Under the pieces are notes generated by a model, which had not been told where the DNA came from, ran no database searches, and saw only the letters and a list, made by a program, of their open reading frames with translations. Below, one piece after another: positions 49,298 through 61,207 of a stretch of 64,000 bases of DNA (positions are counted from its first letter, which is position 1; the number at the start of each line of letters is the position of its first letter). Made by a program: the position numbers and the translations under genes. The stretch spans positions 1-64,000 of the forward strand of contig NIVC01002229.1 of NCBI GenBank assembly GCA_002269645.1, in the 5' to 3' direction. The DNA is from Macrostomum lignano (taxonomy: Eukaryota).

Positions 49298-50878
49298 ATG
49301 GCGGGCCAGCCGGAGCCACAGCAGAGCAGCGGCACCAGCTGCCCGATGTGCAAGAAGGCATTCTCTGATGGGCCAGCGGCCCACTACCTGCAGCACGTGC
49401 TGACCCACTCAGATGGCGCACAGAGGCGGCACCGGTGCGGTCAGTGCGGGAAGCGGTTCAACTGCCAGAGCAAACTGAAGAGGCACCTTGTGATGCACAC
49501 GGGCGAGCGGCCGTTCCAGTGCGAAGAGTGCGGGAAGCGGTTTGACCGCCAGAGCAATCTGAAAAGGCACCTTGTGGTGCATACGGGCGAGCGGCTGCTC
49601 CAGTGCGAAGAGTGCGGGAAGCGGTTCAACTGCCAGAGCACTCTGAAGAGGCACCTTGTAGGGCACACGGGCGAGCGACCGTTTCAGTGCGAAGAGTGCG
49701 GGAAGCGGTTTGACCGCCAGAGCAATCTGAAAAGGCACCTTGTGGTGCATACGGGCGAGCGGCTGCTCCAGTGCGAAGAGTGCGGGAAGCGGTTCAACTG
49801 CCAGAGCACTCTGAAGAGGCACCTTGTAGGGCACACGGGCGAGCGACCGTTTCAGTGCGAAGAGTGCGGGAAGCGGTTTGACCGCCAGAGCAATCTGAAA
49901 AGGCACCTTGTAGTGCACACGGGCGAGCGGGGCGAGCGGCCGTTCCAGTGCGGTCAGTGCGGGAAGCGGTTCAACTGCCAGAGCAAACTGAAGAGGCACC
50001 TTGTGGTGCACACGGGCGAGCAGCCGTTCCAGTGCGAAGAGTGCGGGAAGCGGTTCAACTGCCAGAGCAAACTGAAGAGGCACCTTGTGGTGCACACGGG
50101 CGAGCAGCCGTTCCAGTGCGAAGAGTGCGGGAAGCGGTTCAACTGCCAGAGCAAACTGAAGAGGCACCTTGTGGTGCACACGGGCGAGCAGCCGTTCCAG
50201 TGCGAAGAGTGCGGGAAGCGGTTCAACTGCCAGAGCAAACTGAAGAGGCACCTTGTGGTGCACACGGGCGAGCAGCCGTTCCAGTGCGAAGAGTGCGGGA
50301 AGCGGTTCAACTGCCAGAGCAAACTGAAGAGGCACCTTGTGGTGCACACGGGCGAGCAGCCGTTCCAGTGCGAAGAGTGCGGGAAGCGGTTCAACTGCCA
50401 GAGCAAACTGAAGAGGCACCTTGTGGTGCACACGGGTGAGCGGCCGTTCGAGTGCGGTCAGTGCCAGCGGCGTTTCACTCAATCGAGCGCCCTGGCGGAG
50501 CACCTGCGGCAACTGCACTCGCCTGGACGGCTTTGTCAGCTTGGCCAGAGCCGCTCGGCTTTTAAGGACTCTGCCAACCTGATCAACGGACAGAAGCAGT
50601 CTGCCTGCAGCCAGTACGATGACAGCTCCCAGCTGCACACGGGTGAGTGCAGCAGAGCATTCACAGCCGGCCAGTCAAATCACAAGCTGGCGCACACAGA
50701 TAGACGGCCTTACAAATGCAGCCACTGCCAGAGAGGCTTCAAGCGGTTGTCTCACCTGAATGATCACGTGCGGCGGCACACCGGAGAAAAACCATTTGTC
50801 TGCCGCATCTGCGCTGTGCGATTCTACAGCTGCAGCTCCTTGTGGACTCACTTCCGGTACTGGCACAAGCCGCGCTGA
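49298..50878 (+). CDS. Tandem C2H2 zinc-finger protein (526 aa, about 16 fingers, 12 homogenised)
   Basis: CxxC...H...H fingers with TGE(R/Q)PF linkers; 84-bp DNA repeats; no recognisable effector domain. Confidence 0.92.
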   Translation: MAGQPEPQQSSGTSCPMCKKAFSDGPAAHYLQHVLTHSDGAQRRHRCGQCGKRFNCQSKLKRHLVMHTGERPFQCEECGKRFDRQSNLKRHLVVHTGERLLQCEECGKRFNCQSTLKRHLVGHTGERPFQCEECGKRFDRQSNLKRHLVVHTGERLLQCEECGKRFNCQSTLKRHLVGHTGERPFQCEECGKRFDRQSNLKRHLVVHTGERGERPFQCGQCGKRFNCQSKLKRHLVVHTGEQPFQCEECGKRFNCQSKLKRHLVVHTGEQPFQCEECGKRFNCQSKLKRHLVVHTGEQPFQCEECGKRFNCQSKLKRHLVVHTGEQPFQCEECGKRFNCQSKLKRHLVVHTGEQPFQCEECGKRFNCQSKLKRHLVVHTGERPFECGQCQRRFTQSSALAEHLRQLHSPGRLCQLGQSRSAFKDSANLINGQKQSACSQYDDSSQLHTGECSRAFTAGQSNHKLAHTDRRPYKCSHCQRGFKRLSHLNDHVRRHTGEKPFVCRICAVRFYSCSSLWTHFRYWHKPR

Positions 50879-51588
50879 GCTGCCTGATGATCTGTGCTCC
50901 TGGATTTCCATCTTTGAATTTGTGTTGCTTTTTTGGCAAATATGATTCACTGGGACTGAGAGCGCTTGAAACTCGGTCTTGATTGCAATTTTTATAGCAG
51001 TTGTGAACCTTTCGAGACTGTTGGACTCCCCCCCTGAATGTTCTGCGTGTTATTTGCCAGTCTGGGCAGCTCAAGCTCAGTTATGATTCTCAATTTATTA
51101 TTATTCTTTAATGAAATGCCGTTGACTGTGTGGCCATTGTCACTGCCAGATAGAAACAGTGCTGGCCCCTGATGCATTTGCGTCTTAATTAGCATTTCTG
51201 AGTGTTCAATGCTGCTCTCCATCTCAGCTTCTTTGGCAGTCGCGTTCTGCGTACATGGCAAACTTTTATGTAATTGGTGAACTTTTTTGGTAGCCTAGTA
51301 ACCATTGTGCATTTTTATGTGTGTTTTTTACGTGAACGTTATTGATAATTAATAAACCGCGCTACTGTTGTCTGGTTGGTGCTGCTGAAAGTTATAAAGC
51401 AGGTTAAGTTTACTGTAAAACTTTGTGTACCAGTCTGTTCTGCTCAAAGTGTAATTCTACTTTGATTCGAAATTCAGATTCGTATTTTTATTATATAGGA
51501 AGTAGGTAATGGGAAACGTATATAGTGCTATATGGTGCCATCTTCGCAGCAAGGCATTGTAGCTCGTAACTTAACAAGCATTTTTTCA

Positions 51589-51590
<2 letters not shown>

Positions 51591-51666
<76 letters not shown>
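51591..51666. repeat. (CA)n microsatellite
   Basis: Pure dinucleotide run. Confidence 0.97.
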
Positions 51667-51669
<3 letters not shown>

Positions 51670-53099
51670 CCGCTGGGTACAATATGCAGTATCACTTGAC
51701 AAAAATTGCAAGTCAAGATGTCAAGATTCTTGGCATATGTCAAGATTCACAAAAATCGAATGGGAGCCCACAAAAATGAATTAGATGATTTCGAAATTTT
51801 TGGAACAGACATGTTTTGTATGTGTGTAGCTGACGAATACGACTACCAGTAGCTCGTACATGTACTTAATTGATGTACCTGTAAGTCTACGAGTACTACA
51901 TCCGCTCAAAACTACTCAAGTAGGACAAGAAACTACTTTTCTTGAAAAATTTAGGAGGCAGGTTTTACCTGCCTGTGACAACGAAGATAGGCGGTTTTTG
52001 TTTTAGATCATAGTCAAGCAGTTCGTAAAAATACCAAAAATGATTGTAGAAGGATTTAGTTAAACTATGAAATAATTTTGTTATAGAGTATATTTTCTTT
52101 TCTACGAGCTTTCTGATCATTTATCCTTATTTAGTGACTGTTAGTTTTAACTTTTTAAAATAAAGCTTTTAAACTTTTGAATAAGTTTTCTAGGAATAAA
52201 TTGTCTCTTAGTGGGTCGGTGCTAGCAGCGTTGCAGCGTTGGTTGGTTAAGCTAATATTTTATTAAGCTAGCTTTAGCCTTTAGGGGTTTAATATTGATT
52301 AACTAACTGGGCATATAATATACACAGTCTGGCAAGGGTACGTACGAAGTAAAGATAAAGTAGAGAGTAAAGTACAGACCGATAAGATCATAAAACTAAA
52401 AGCAGAGCAGAGACAGCATAGCCTCACTACGACGTCTACAGACAGGGAAAGGCCTGCACTAAAGCTAGAAGTTTATTAAAAGTTTCGTGAATATCGGTGG
52501 GGGAATCGGGAATTCAGCACCTTATATGTATGTTTCAGATAGGATAATTGCAGTCTAAATGAGAAGTTATTCATTTTATTTTATTTTATCTAGCAAGTAT
52601 GAAACCTTGTAATAAACAGAAATTTTTTGTTATTGTTATGTTTGTATCATATTTTGATGGATTTTCATATATTGTGGGCTATTGGCATTAGGCTATGACT
52701 GAAATTATATTTTTATTTTATCAAGTTAAAAGGAATGCATTCAATGATTTAATGATTGATAAATGTGAGGTTGAAAATTGTTAAATAAAAATGGATAAAA
52801 TTGATTTAACATAGAAACTACTGCTAGCCATTTTTTCAAAAGTATTTTTTTGCAAATAAATAAAAAATGAATAAAAAATTATTAAATATATTTATCAAAC
52901 TTTAATTAAGATTGATTAAAGATACCAACTGTGTTATCTTTTCATATAAAGGCCTTCTAAAAAACTATAAAACTTGTATATAAGTTTAAATTTAAATTAC
53001 AAGTATTAATATTAATATCTATATATAAGACTATAATATAATTTATATATGTAAATATAAGATTAAAAAAGTTAGGCCTATACTATATATAAAAATATT

Positions 53100-53796
53100 G
53101 GCATTCTTCTCAAATTATCCGTTAAACTTTTTTTTCAATGTTTTTTGCATTTTCTCCACTGTAGAAGTTGATTTTAACATGTTTGGATATCCCCCAAGCT
53201 ATTAAAATAGTAAAATCAACAATTGTTTTTTAAGTATTTTTCTATCTCTAGACTGAATGGGACAAAAAAAGTAAAGGGCACAAGTTAAACTTGTATTTAT
53301 ACTATGATAGCCAATAGGTTAGCTAAAATATCTATGGTAAATTAACAGCTAGGATTGTCTATAAAGAAGAACATGGTAGACAAAGGGAGTTGGCTAACTG
53401 AAAAGTATGAGACTGAATTGCAAAACAAAAAGTACAAATCCAACACATTCTCTGACATGGCACTGATGCTTGTTGGGAGTCTATGGTCCAAAGGGATAAG
53501 TTGGTTAGAGAGAGGAAAAGTCTGAGCACTTAGACTTATGGTTTTGCTGCTAATTAGTTCTTGCTAAGACCATTAACCAACCATTAAGTCTAGTATAATA
53601 CCATGCCAGGAGGCTGCCCTTGAATTGTTGAGAATTGTTAGGAATTTATAAAGATAGAAAAAAGTGCTAAAAAGTTGTTAATTTTTGTTTTAATAGGTTA
53701 AAAGATGTCCAAACATGTTAAACCCAGCTTTTAAAGTGGAAAAAATGCAAAAAAACATTGAAAAAATAGTTTAACAAATGATTCGAGAAGAATGCC
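53100..53796. mobile_element. Decayed MITE with about 95-bp imperfect TIRs
   Basis: GGCATTCTTCTCAAATTATCCGTTAAAC...AACATGTTTGGA mirrors TCCAAACATGTT...GTTTAACAAATGATTCGAGAAGAATGCC; no TSD. Confidence 0.6.
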
Positions 53797-54581
53797 AAAA
53801 TATCTCTATTGCAGCCAAGGTCTAAACTTAACTATGCTAGATACTTCCTTTTTTTATGCTATATTATAACAGTGTGCCAGATTATACCTGCACTAATGAG
53901 GCCAATTTGTATTAAATGCTATCTACAAAAATGGCCATTGGGCATCGGCTATAATAGGGAAAATGTTAGGGTCTAATAAAAAGTATTTAGGCAAGATGAT
54001 CATAGGCTTTTCATATTACCAATTCCAAACAAGAATCAGTTCAAAGCTTTTCATTTTGTCTATTCCATTTTTAGAATTGGTTCTAGAACAGTGATTTGAT
54101 TCTAGAACTTGGTTTAAGAAATTTTCTTGATCTATTGTTGTATTTCTATGGAAAGAACAGGATGAATTTAAAATAACATTTTAAACATTTCAAAATGAAT
54201 ACTTAAAACTCAAAAGTATAGGCCACATTTTAGATAATAATATTTTTATCTTTTGAGTAGTAATATGGTTAAATAAAAACAGAAAAATTGACACTTTTCA
54301 TTTTCCTACCAATTCTAATTCTGGAATTGATTTTTATGAAAAGCCTAATATGCAAATTTAGTAAAGTGCAATCAAATATTAAAAATTAAATGTATGAAAT
54401 GTTTTCTAAAAAAAAACAAAAGGAAATTTAAAGAATAGATAATAGGTAAATAATAGAAAAAAGAATTAAAAAAATACTAGGAAAAAGCATTAAAAGATAA
54501 AAAATAAATTGAAAAAAGATAAAAGGTAAAAAAGCCTAAGAAAACAGAATATGATAGAGGAAAAGTGAAAGAAAAAAGGTT

Positions 54582-55403
54582 TGTAACAGTGGTTATTCCT
54601 CTGTCTTTATGAACAATCCCAGCGTTACTACCAAAGTTGTAACAGGGGTAACTTCTATCCCTACAAATGATTCCACAGCTATTACTAAAGTTGTCACAGG
54701 GCTTAATTTTCTGTCTTTATAAATGTTGGTAGCTGCCACCAAGACAATATTCTATTAATAAATTATGAGTTTATTAATCTTAGAATAAGTCTAAGAAATG
54801 GTTCTTGGAATTAGTCTGAGTATATATCTAAGTACTTATCTGAGTATTTATCTGAGCATAAGTCTTAGTACTTGGTCTGTGAATTATTCTTAGAATACTA
54901 TTTAGCCTTTACAAGTATCGTTCTCCTGTTATTCCAGTAGCATTTACTGTTATTCTGGCCTGAGCGGTATATTGGCTTACTGGTATATGTATTGCATGTA
55001 CTTCCAATCCTGGGCATTACTGAGATCAGAGGGTGACAGCCTCCGGTTATTCTTTCATGTATCAATTTAGGATCTACTTCGTAGTCTCTTACTACTTCTA
55101 CTTCTCAGTAGTATATACTGTATGTGTTCTCTGCCACTTCACTTCTCTTCCTGCAAATGAATAACTCGGAAAACAATCTTCAATAATGTTTACTTGGAAC
55201 TCTTACTATTCCCTATTAACTGTCTTGTTATCGAACCGCGATGCACAAGGTTGGTCTCTCCTCTGCCAAAAATGCTTCTATTTATACTAAAATTTACTGC
55301 TAGTTTAATCAAAAATTAGTTTGCGTAAAATATTATGAAAAATATGTGTATTATAACAAATGTTTTTTCCTAGATTCGGCATGCATTCAAAATGAGTTAT
55401 ACA
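54582..55403 (-). mobile_element. Solo LTR of a family related to the 18553 element (right boundary uncertain)
   Basis: Shared blocks TGT.ACAG..GTTATTCCTCTGTCTTT, TGGCCTGAGCGGT..CTTACTGGTATATGTA, CTGGGC.TTAC.GAGAT.AGAGGGT.ACAGC, and the same PBS/terminus units. Confidence 0.7.
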
Positions 55404-55674
55404 GTTATCAATTTTATAATAAAAGAATCGGTAGGGGCCCTGCATAGGTTAGAAAACATATACCAAGCAACTCAAATTGCTATTTTGAAGTTTTATATAA
55501 AGGTTTTTATATGACAATTTATATACAATAATCCAATAATAGTATTTTTATATATTATAATTATATGTAACTTATTAACATAATAATAATAATTGATTAC
55601 ACCTGCCCTAATTAAGCCAGATATGCAACCAATAGCTTAGCTGCATCTACAAGTATTGCATAGCACATCTGAAG

Positions 55675-55963
55675 CATACATGCGTAACCTCAAAAATTCG
55701 GTTGGCTGTGGGACTTAGTTTTAACAAAAATGCGATGTAGTTTTTGGCCAAAAATGCAACTTTTGTAATATTTAATACATAAAAAAAGCCTAAAACAAAA
55801 TTAACGCAACTTTGGGTAAACGGCGGGAGTAACTGAAACTGTCTTACTAAGCAAAAATGCCTCGTCAGCTACTTAGTACTACTATTTTTTTGGGTGGGCA
55901 TTTTTGCAACTTCCTTGGTTGGCTGCCAGATCGGCCGACTCAGCCGACTGTTGCGCATATATG
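55675..55963. mobile_element. hAT-type MITE carrying the 28S-derived segment (copy 3)
   Basis: TIR CATACATGCGTAAC / GTTGCGCATATATG; perfect 8-bp TSD ATCTGAAG; 55814-55877 matches 28S at 50/64. Confidence 0.85.
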
Positions 55964-55989
55964 ATCTGAAGGCTATATACACTGTTCTA

Positions 55990-56140
55990 TCCAAGGATTG
56001 GGGGTTGTCACACATATCTTCAATTATCCCAGCTTAATGCTGGCACCTATTTTTAGGTGAACTAAAGCAATGCAAAGTTAAGTGCCTTGCTCAAGGACAC
56101 AAATTGTTCTAAATAGGTCAAGAAGTGAACCCTTGATGCA
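55990..56140 (-). mobile_element. CORE/MIR-like SINE fragment
   Basis: AAGTGCCTTGCTCAAGGACAC resembles the CORE-SINE conserved block. Confidence 0.35.
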
Positions 56141-56504
56141 AATTGCATTATAGTTATTATAGTTAATAATAACGTAGCATTGTATATTTTACAGATATTT
56201 AAAGTATAAGAATATTTAGTTAAATGTATTAAAATATAGGATGAAGATATTTCTTTTTTAAATATATTAAATTGATTTTGGTGTTATAGTAAATTCAATT
56301 TTTTTAATTAATATTTTGCCAATTAGGGCAGGAAATTTTAAAGTAGCCTTTTGGTTGCCTTTTTGGTTAATCGATTTTGAGATTTGAGATTTGAGATTTT
56401 GATAAAATTGTTGCTGGTTGGTCATTAAATTTTATTTTGCTATCCGTGGGTTATTCTAGAGTATAAGACTAATGTTCTGAGACTAAAATAAGACAAATGT
56501 GATG

Positions 56505-56630
56505 ATGCTATGTTAGGAGACTGGAATATTGAGGCTATGGCAGGAGGCTAGAATGTGATGAGGCTATGCCAGGAGGCTGGAATGTGATGAGGCTATGCCA
56601 GGAGGCTGGAATATGATAAGGCTATGATAG
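56505..56630. repeat. About 29-bp repeat, about 4 copies, just upstream of ACY1
   Basis: GAGGCTATGCCAGGAGGCTGGAATGTGAT variants. Confidence 0.8.
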
Positions 56631-56685
56631 GAAGCTGCCGCGCACTGAGATTATTGAAGATTGGCCAGATGCTGAACTCCCGCAG

Positions 56686-57135
56686 GCGTCCCCGCTGGTG
56701 CTGAGCGAGCCGGAGCGGCAGCAGGCCGTGGAGAATTTCCGGGCCTACCTGCGCATCAACACGATGCACCCGCGGCCGGACTGCGGCTCCGCAGTGGCCT
56801 GGCTGCGGGGTCAGGCGGCCGAGCTCGGCCTGGACTCCGAGTGCATCGAGTGCCACCCCGGCCAGCCCGTGCTCATCATGCGCTGGCCTGGCAGCGAGCC
56901 GAACCGGACCTCCCTGCTGCTCAACAGCCACATGGATGTTGTACCGGTGTTCCCCGAGCACTGGCGCTGCGACCCGTTCTCGGCCGACATGGACGAGCAG
57001 GGCAACATCTACGCCCGTGGCGCTCAGGACATGAAGTGCGTGGCTGTGCAGTACCTGGAGGCGCTGCGCAAGCTCAAGGCTGCCAACTACCAGCCTAAGA
57101 GGAATATCTACCTCAGCTTCATGCCTGATGAAGAG
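56686..57135 (+). CDS. ACY1: Aminoacylase-1 (M20A), first visible coding exon; start codon unresolved
   Basis: AVENFRAYLRI, LLLNSHMDVVP, IYARGAQDMK, FMPDEE; donor GAG|GTGGGT. Confidence 0.9.
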
Positions 57136-57404
57136 GTGGGTTGATGGGGTCTTCTGTTGGCATTTTGTGTCTCAATGTTTCAATCTCAGCTAGCTTGTAA
57201 ATCACTGGGTGGGCACAGGACTGCACTTTATCGGCATCGGCAGCTTTGCACTCTTCAGCTCGGGCCGCTCTGCTTTCAGTTTTCTGCGCAGATCAACTTG
57301 GTTTATTGCGGCACTGGCCTGACGTGCAGCTGAGGGCTGAAACTCTGATTCGGTGTCGAATGCTGGCTTTGAATTGGGGCAGCTTTGTGAATTCTCGCTG
57401 GCTA

Positions 57405-59135
57405 AGTGTCACTCAGTGTGTCACACAAGTTATTAAGCTCCAATCTCTTAGTATCACTCCGTGTGTCATACCAGTTATTAAGCTCTTATCTCTTAGTGTC
57501 ACTCCGTGTGTCATACCAGTTATTAAGCTCTTATCTCTTAGTGTCACTCCGTGTGTCACACAAGTTATTAAGCTCTTATCTCTTAGTGTCACTCAGTGTG
57601 TCACACAAGTTATTAAGCTCCAATCTCTTAGTATCACTCCGTGTGTCATACCAGTTATTAAGCTCTTATCTCTTAGTGTCACTCCGTGTGTCATACCAGT
57701 TATTAAGCTCTTATCTCTTAGTGTCACTCCGTGTGTCATACCAGTTATTAAGCTCTTATCTCTTAGTGTCACTCCGTGTGTCATACCAGTTATTAAGCTC
57801 TTATCTCTTAGTGTCACTCCGTGTGTCATACCAGTTATTAAGCTCTTATCTCTTAGTATCACTCCGTGTGTCATACCAGTTATTAAGCTCTTATCTCTTA
57901 GTATCACTCCGTGTGTCATACCAGTTATTAAGCTCTTATCTCTTAGTATCACTCCGTGTGTCATACCAGTTATTAAGCTCTTATCTCTTAGTGTCACTCC
58001 GTGTGTCATACCAGATATTAAGCTCCCATATTCAGGCGTCATTCCGTGTGTCACTAGTTATTAATCACCCATATCCAAGTGTCACTCCGTGTGTCACTAG
58101 TTATTAAGCTCCCATCTAATGTGTCACTCCGTGTGTCACACCAGTTATTAAGCTCCGATCTCCAGGTGACACTCCGTGTGTCACACCAGTTATTAAGCTC
58201 CGATCTCAAGATGACACTCCGTGTGTCACACCAGTTATTAAGCTCCGATCTCCAGGTGACACTCCGTGTGTCACACCAGTTATTAAGCTCCGATCTCCAG
58301 GTGACACTCCGTGTGTCACACCAGTTATTTAGCTCCCATCTCCATGTGACACTCCGTGTGTCACACCAGTTATTAAGCTCCGATCTCCAGGTGACACTCC
58401 GTGTGTCACACCAGTTATTAAGCTCCAATCTCCAGGTGACACTCCGTGTGTCACACCAGTTATTAAGCTCCAATCTCCAGGTGACACTCCGTGTGTCACA
58501 CCAGTTATTAAGCTCCAATCTCCAGGTGACACTCCGTGTGTCACACCAGCTATTAAGCTCCGATCTCCAAGTGTCACTCCGTGTGTCACACCAGTTATTA
58601 AGCTCCAATCTCCAGGTGACACTCCGTGTGTCACACCAGTTATTAAGCTCCGATCTCCAGGTGACACTCCGTGTGTCACACCAGTTATTAAGCTCCGATC
58701 TCCAGGTGACACTCCGTGTGTCACACCAGTTATTTAGCTCCCATCTCCATGTGACACTCCGTGTGTCACACCAGTTATTAAGCTCCAATCTCCAGGTGAC
58801 ACTCCGTGTGTCACACCAGTTATTAAGCTCCAATCTCCAGGTGACACTCCGTGTGTCACACCAGTTATTAAGCTCCAATCTCCAGGTGACACTCCGTGTG
58901 TCACACCAGTTATTAAGCTCCAATCTCCAGGTGACACTCCGTGTGTCACACCAGTTATTAAGCTCCAATCTCCAGGTGACACTCCGTGTGTCACACCAGT
59001 TATTAAGCTCCAATCTCCAGGTGACACTCCGTGTGTCACACCAGCTATTAAGCTCCGATCTCCAAGTGTCACTCTGTGTGTCACACCAGTTATTAAGCCC
59101 CGATCTCCATGTTTCACTCCGTGTGTCACACCAGT
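57405..59135. repeat. 45-bp intronic minisatellite, about 38 copies, two sequential variants
   Basis: CACTCCGTGTGTCA(T/C)ACCAGTTATTAAGCTC core; left variant ends TTATCTCTTAGTGT, right variant CAATCTCCAGGTGA. Confidence 0.95.
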
Positions 59136-59170
59136 CACGCCAGCCCACCTGCATTTGCCTTGCCCGCCAG

Positions 59171-59425
59171 GTGACCGGCAAGCTGGGCATGGGCAAGTTC
59201 TGCCAGTCCGACAAGTTCCGCAGCCTGAACGTCGGCTGCGCCATGGACGAAGGCCTGGCCAACCCCACCGAGGCTTTCACAGTTTACTATGGCGAGCGCT
59301 CCGTCTGGTGGCTTCGCTTTGAGATCCGCGGCCAGCCCGGACACGGCTCCCGGCTGATGGAGGACACGGCAGGGGAGAAGGCGGCCAAGCTGATCCAGCG
59401 GCTCTACCGCTTCAGGGACAGTCAG
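59171..59425 (+). CDS. ACY1: ACY1 exon
   Basis: VTGKLGM...LNVGCAMDEGLANP...YGERSVWW...GQPGHGS; AG/GT boundaries in phase 0. Confidence 0.92.
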
Positions 59426-59438
59426 GTGCGACAGCCAC

Positions 59439-59880
59439 TGAGCATTATTGAGTGCCACTTTGAGCATTATTGAGTGCCACTTTGAGCATTGTTGAGTGCC
59501 ACTTTGAGCATTATTGAGTGTCACTTTGAGCATTATTGAGTGCCACTTTGAGCATTATTGAGTGCCACTTTGAGCATTATTGAGTGCCACTTTGAGCATT
59601 ATTGAGTGCCACTTTGAGCATTATTGAGTGCCACTTTGAGCATTATTGAGTGCCACTTTGAGCATTATTGAGTGCCACTTTGAGCATTATTGAGTGCCAC
59701 TTTGAGCATTATTGAGTGCCACTTTGAGCATTATTGAGTGCCACTTTGAGCATTATTGAGTGCCACTTTGAGCATTATTGAGTGCCACTTTGAGCATTAT
59801 TGAGTGCCACTTTGAGCATTATTGAGTGCCACTTTGAGCATTATTGAGTGTCACTTTGAGCATTGTTGAGTGCCACTTTA
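59439..59880. repeat. 22-bp intronic minisatellite, about 20 copies
   Basis: TGAGCATTATTGAGTGCCACTT. Confidence 0.95.
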
Positions 59881-59918
59881 AGTAGCTCACTAAGTAGCTC
59901 GCATCGCATTCTCTACAG

Positions 59919-60434
59919 GTGGAGCGCCTGGAGCGCGGCCGCGGCATCCGCCTTGGCGAGGTGACCACGCTGAACCTGACGCAGATGAACGGCGGGGTGC
60001 AGACCAACGTGCTGCCGGAGAAGCTCTGTCTGGACGTGGACTGCCGCATCGCTCCAGACGTCAATCTCGTCCACTTCGAGGCGGAGCTGCGCCGCTGGTG
60101 CGAGGAGGCCGGGCCGGGCGTGTCGCTGGAGTTCACGCAGAAGTTCGACGCCGGCAAGCCGACGGACACGTCGGAGCGGAACCCGTGGTGGTCGGCCTTT
60201 GCCGGCTCCTGCCAGCGGCTCGGCATGAACATCGAGCCCGAGATCTTCCCGGCCGCCACCGACAGCCGCTACCTGCGCTCCCTGGGCATCAGCGCCATCG
60301 GCTTCTCCCCGATGAATCGAACCCCCGTCCTGCTGCACGACCACAACGAGTTCCTCAACCGGGACGTCTTCCTGCGCGGCGTGGAGCTGTACACCGCCAT
60401 CATTCCTGACGTTGCCGACTGCCCCGCTGCCTGA
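59919..60434 (+). CDS. ACY1: ACY1 terminal exon
   Basis: VTTLNLTQMNGGVQTNVLP, IFPAATDSRYLR, GFSPMNRTPVLLHDHNEFL. Confidence 0.93.
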   Translation: MERLERGRGIRLGEVTTLNLTQMNGGVQTNVLPEKLCLDVDCRIAPDVNLVHFEAELRRWCEEAGPGVSLEFTQKFDAGKPTDTSERNPWWSAFAGSCQRLGMNIEPEIFPAATDSRYLRSLGISAIGFSPMNRTPVLLHDHNEFLNRDVFLRGVELYTAIIPDVADCPAA

Positions 60435-61207
60435 GAACCCGGCTAGCAACTGCTTAGAAACCACACAAACATAAAAACCGCATAGCAACTGCTTGAAACC
60501 CGCATAAATCGGTGAATTTCTGCTCCTAGTTAAAGCTTGCTGTAGTCGCATATCTGTATGTTATTCTGTCAATAATGCAATAATAAATCATTTGTTCTTG
60601 ATTTTTGATCCAAATTTCCCCAGAAATTCAATGACGTATGGATGATTGATTCACTATTTTGGCAGCCCCCATTCTGACCGAAATTCTTGCATCGCTGGTG
60701 CTCAGTACTTTTAGTGCCGTGTATTTCGTGTCTCTGACTCGTTTTATTTGTCTTCGCTCGCATGATTTTCCATGCTTGTCATTTATCAATTTATTTGTTT
60801 ATTCCTGGTGACAGCCATCGATTTTCCAACTGATTTATTGTCGCTCTGGTCTGCTTGCTGTTTGGTTTCTTGGAAATATATTGCTTTGAACGCTATCTCT
60901 GACTGCTGGCCTTATTTCATTTGTTGTGATCGATTTCTATCAGTTTGAGTAGTGCCGGTAGCTTATTTTGCCACTAGGAGTCATAGGAAGTGCCGCGCAA
61001 TGCACCTGAGTTCAGATGCAGTTTTGGCAGTTTGTATCTGCAGCGCACCCGGCAGGAAAGAGGGGGAGGGGCAGGCAGGAAGTTCAGTAGGCAAACTTGC
61101 GTCTGCATTTCCAGTTTGTTGTTTGCGCAGCCTGATAAATAACTGGACAGAGCTGGCCTGCAGGCTTAAATGGTGGTGTGGGCTATGGAAAAGTGAAGGA
61201 GGGTCAG

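Noticed and set aside
47856-50638. Long antisense ORFs opposite COPS2 and the ZNF gene (similarly 60981-62102, 59913-60551, 10178-10624)
   Set aside because: Expected shadows of GC3-rich coding sequence.
57246-59170. ORFs of 233-464 aa over the ACY1 intron
   Set aside because: 45-bp minisatellite translations; only 59171-59425 is a real exon.
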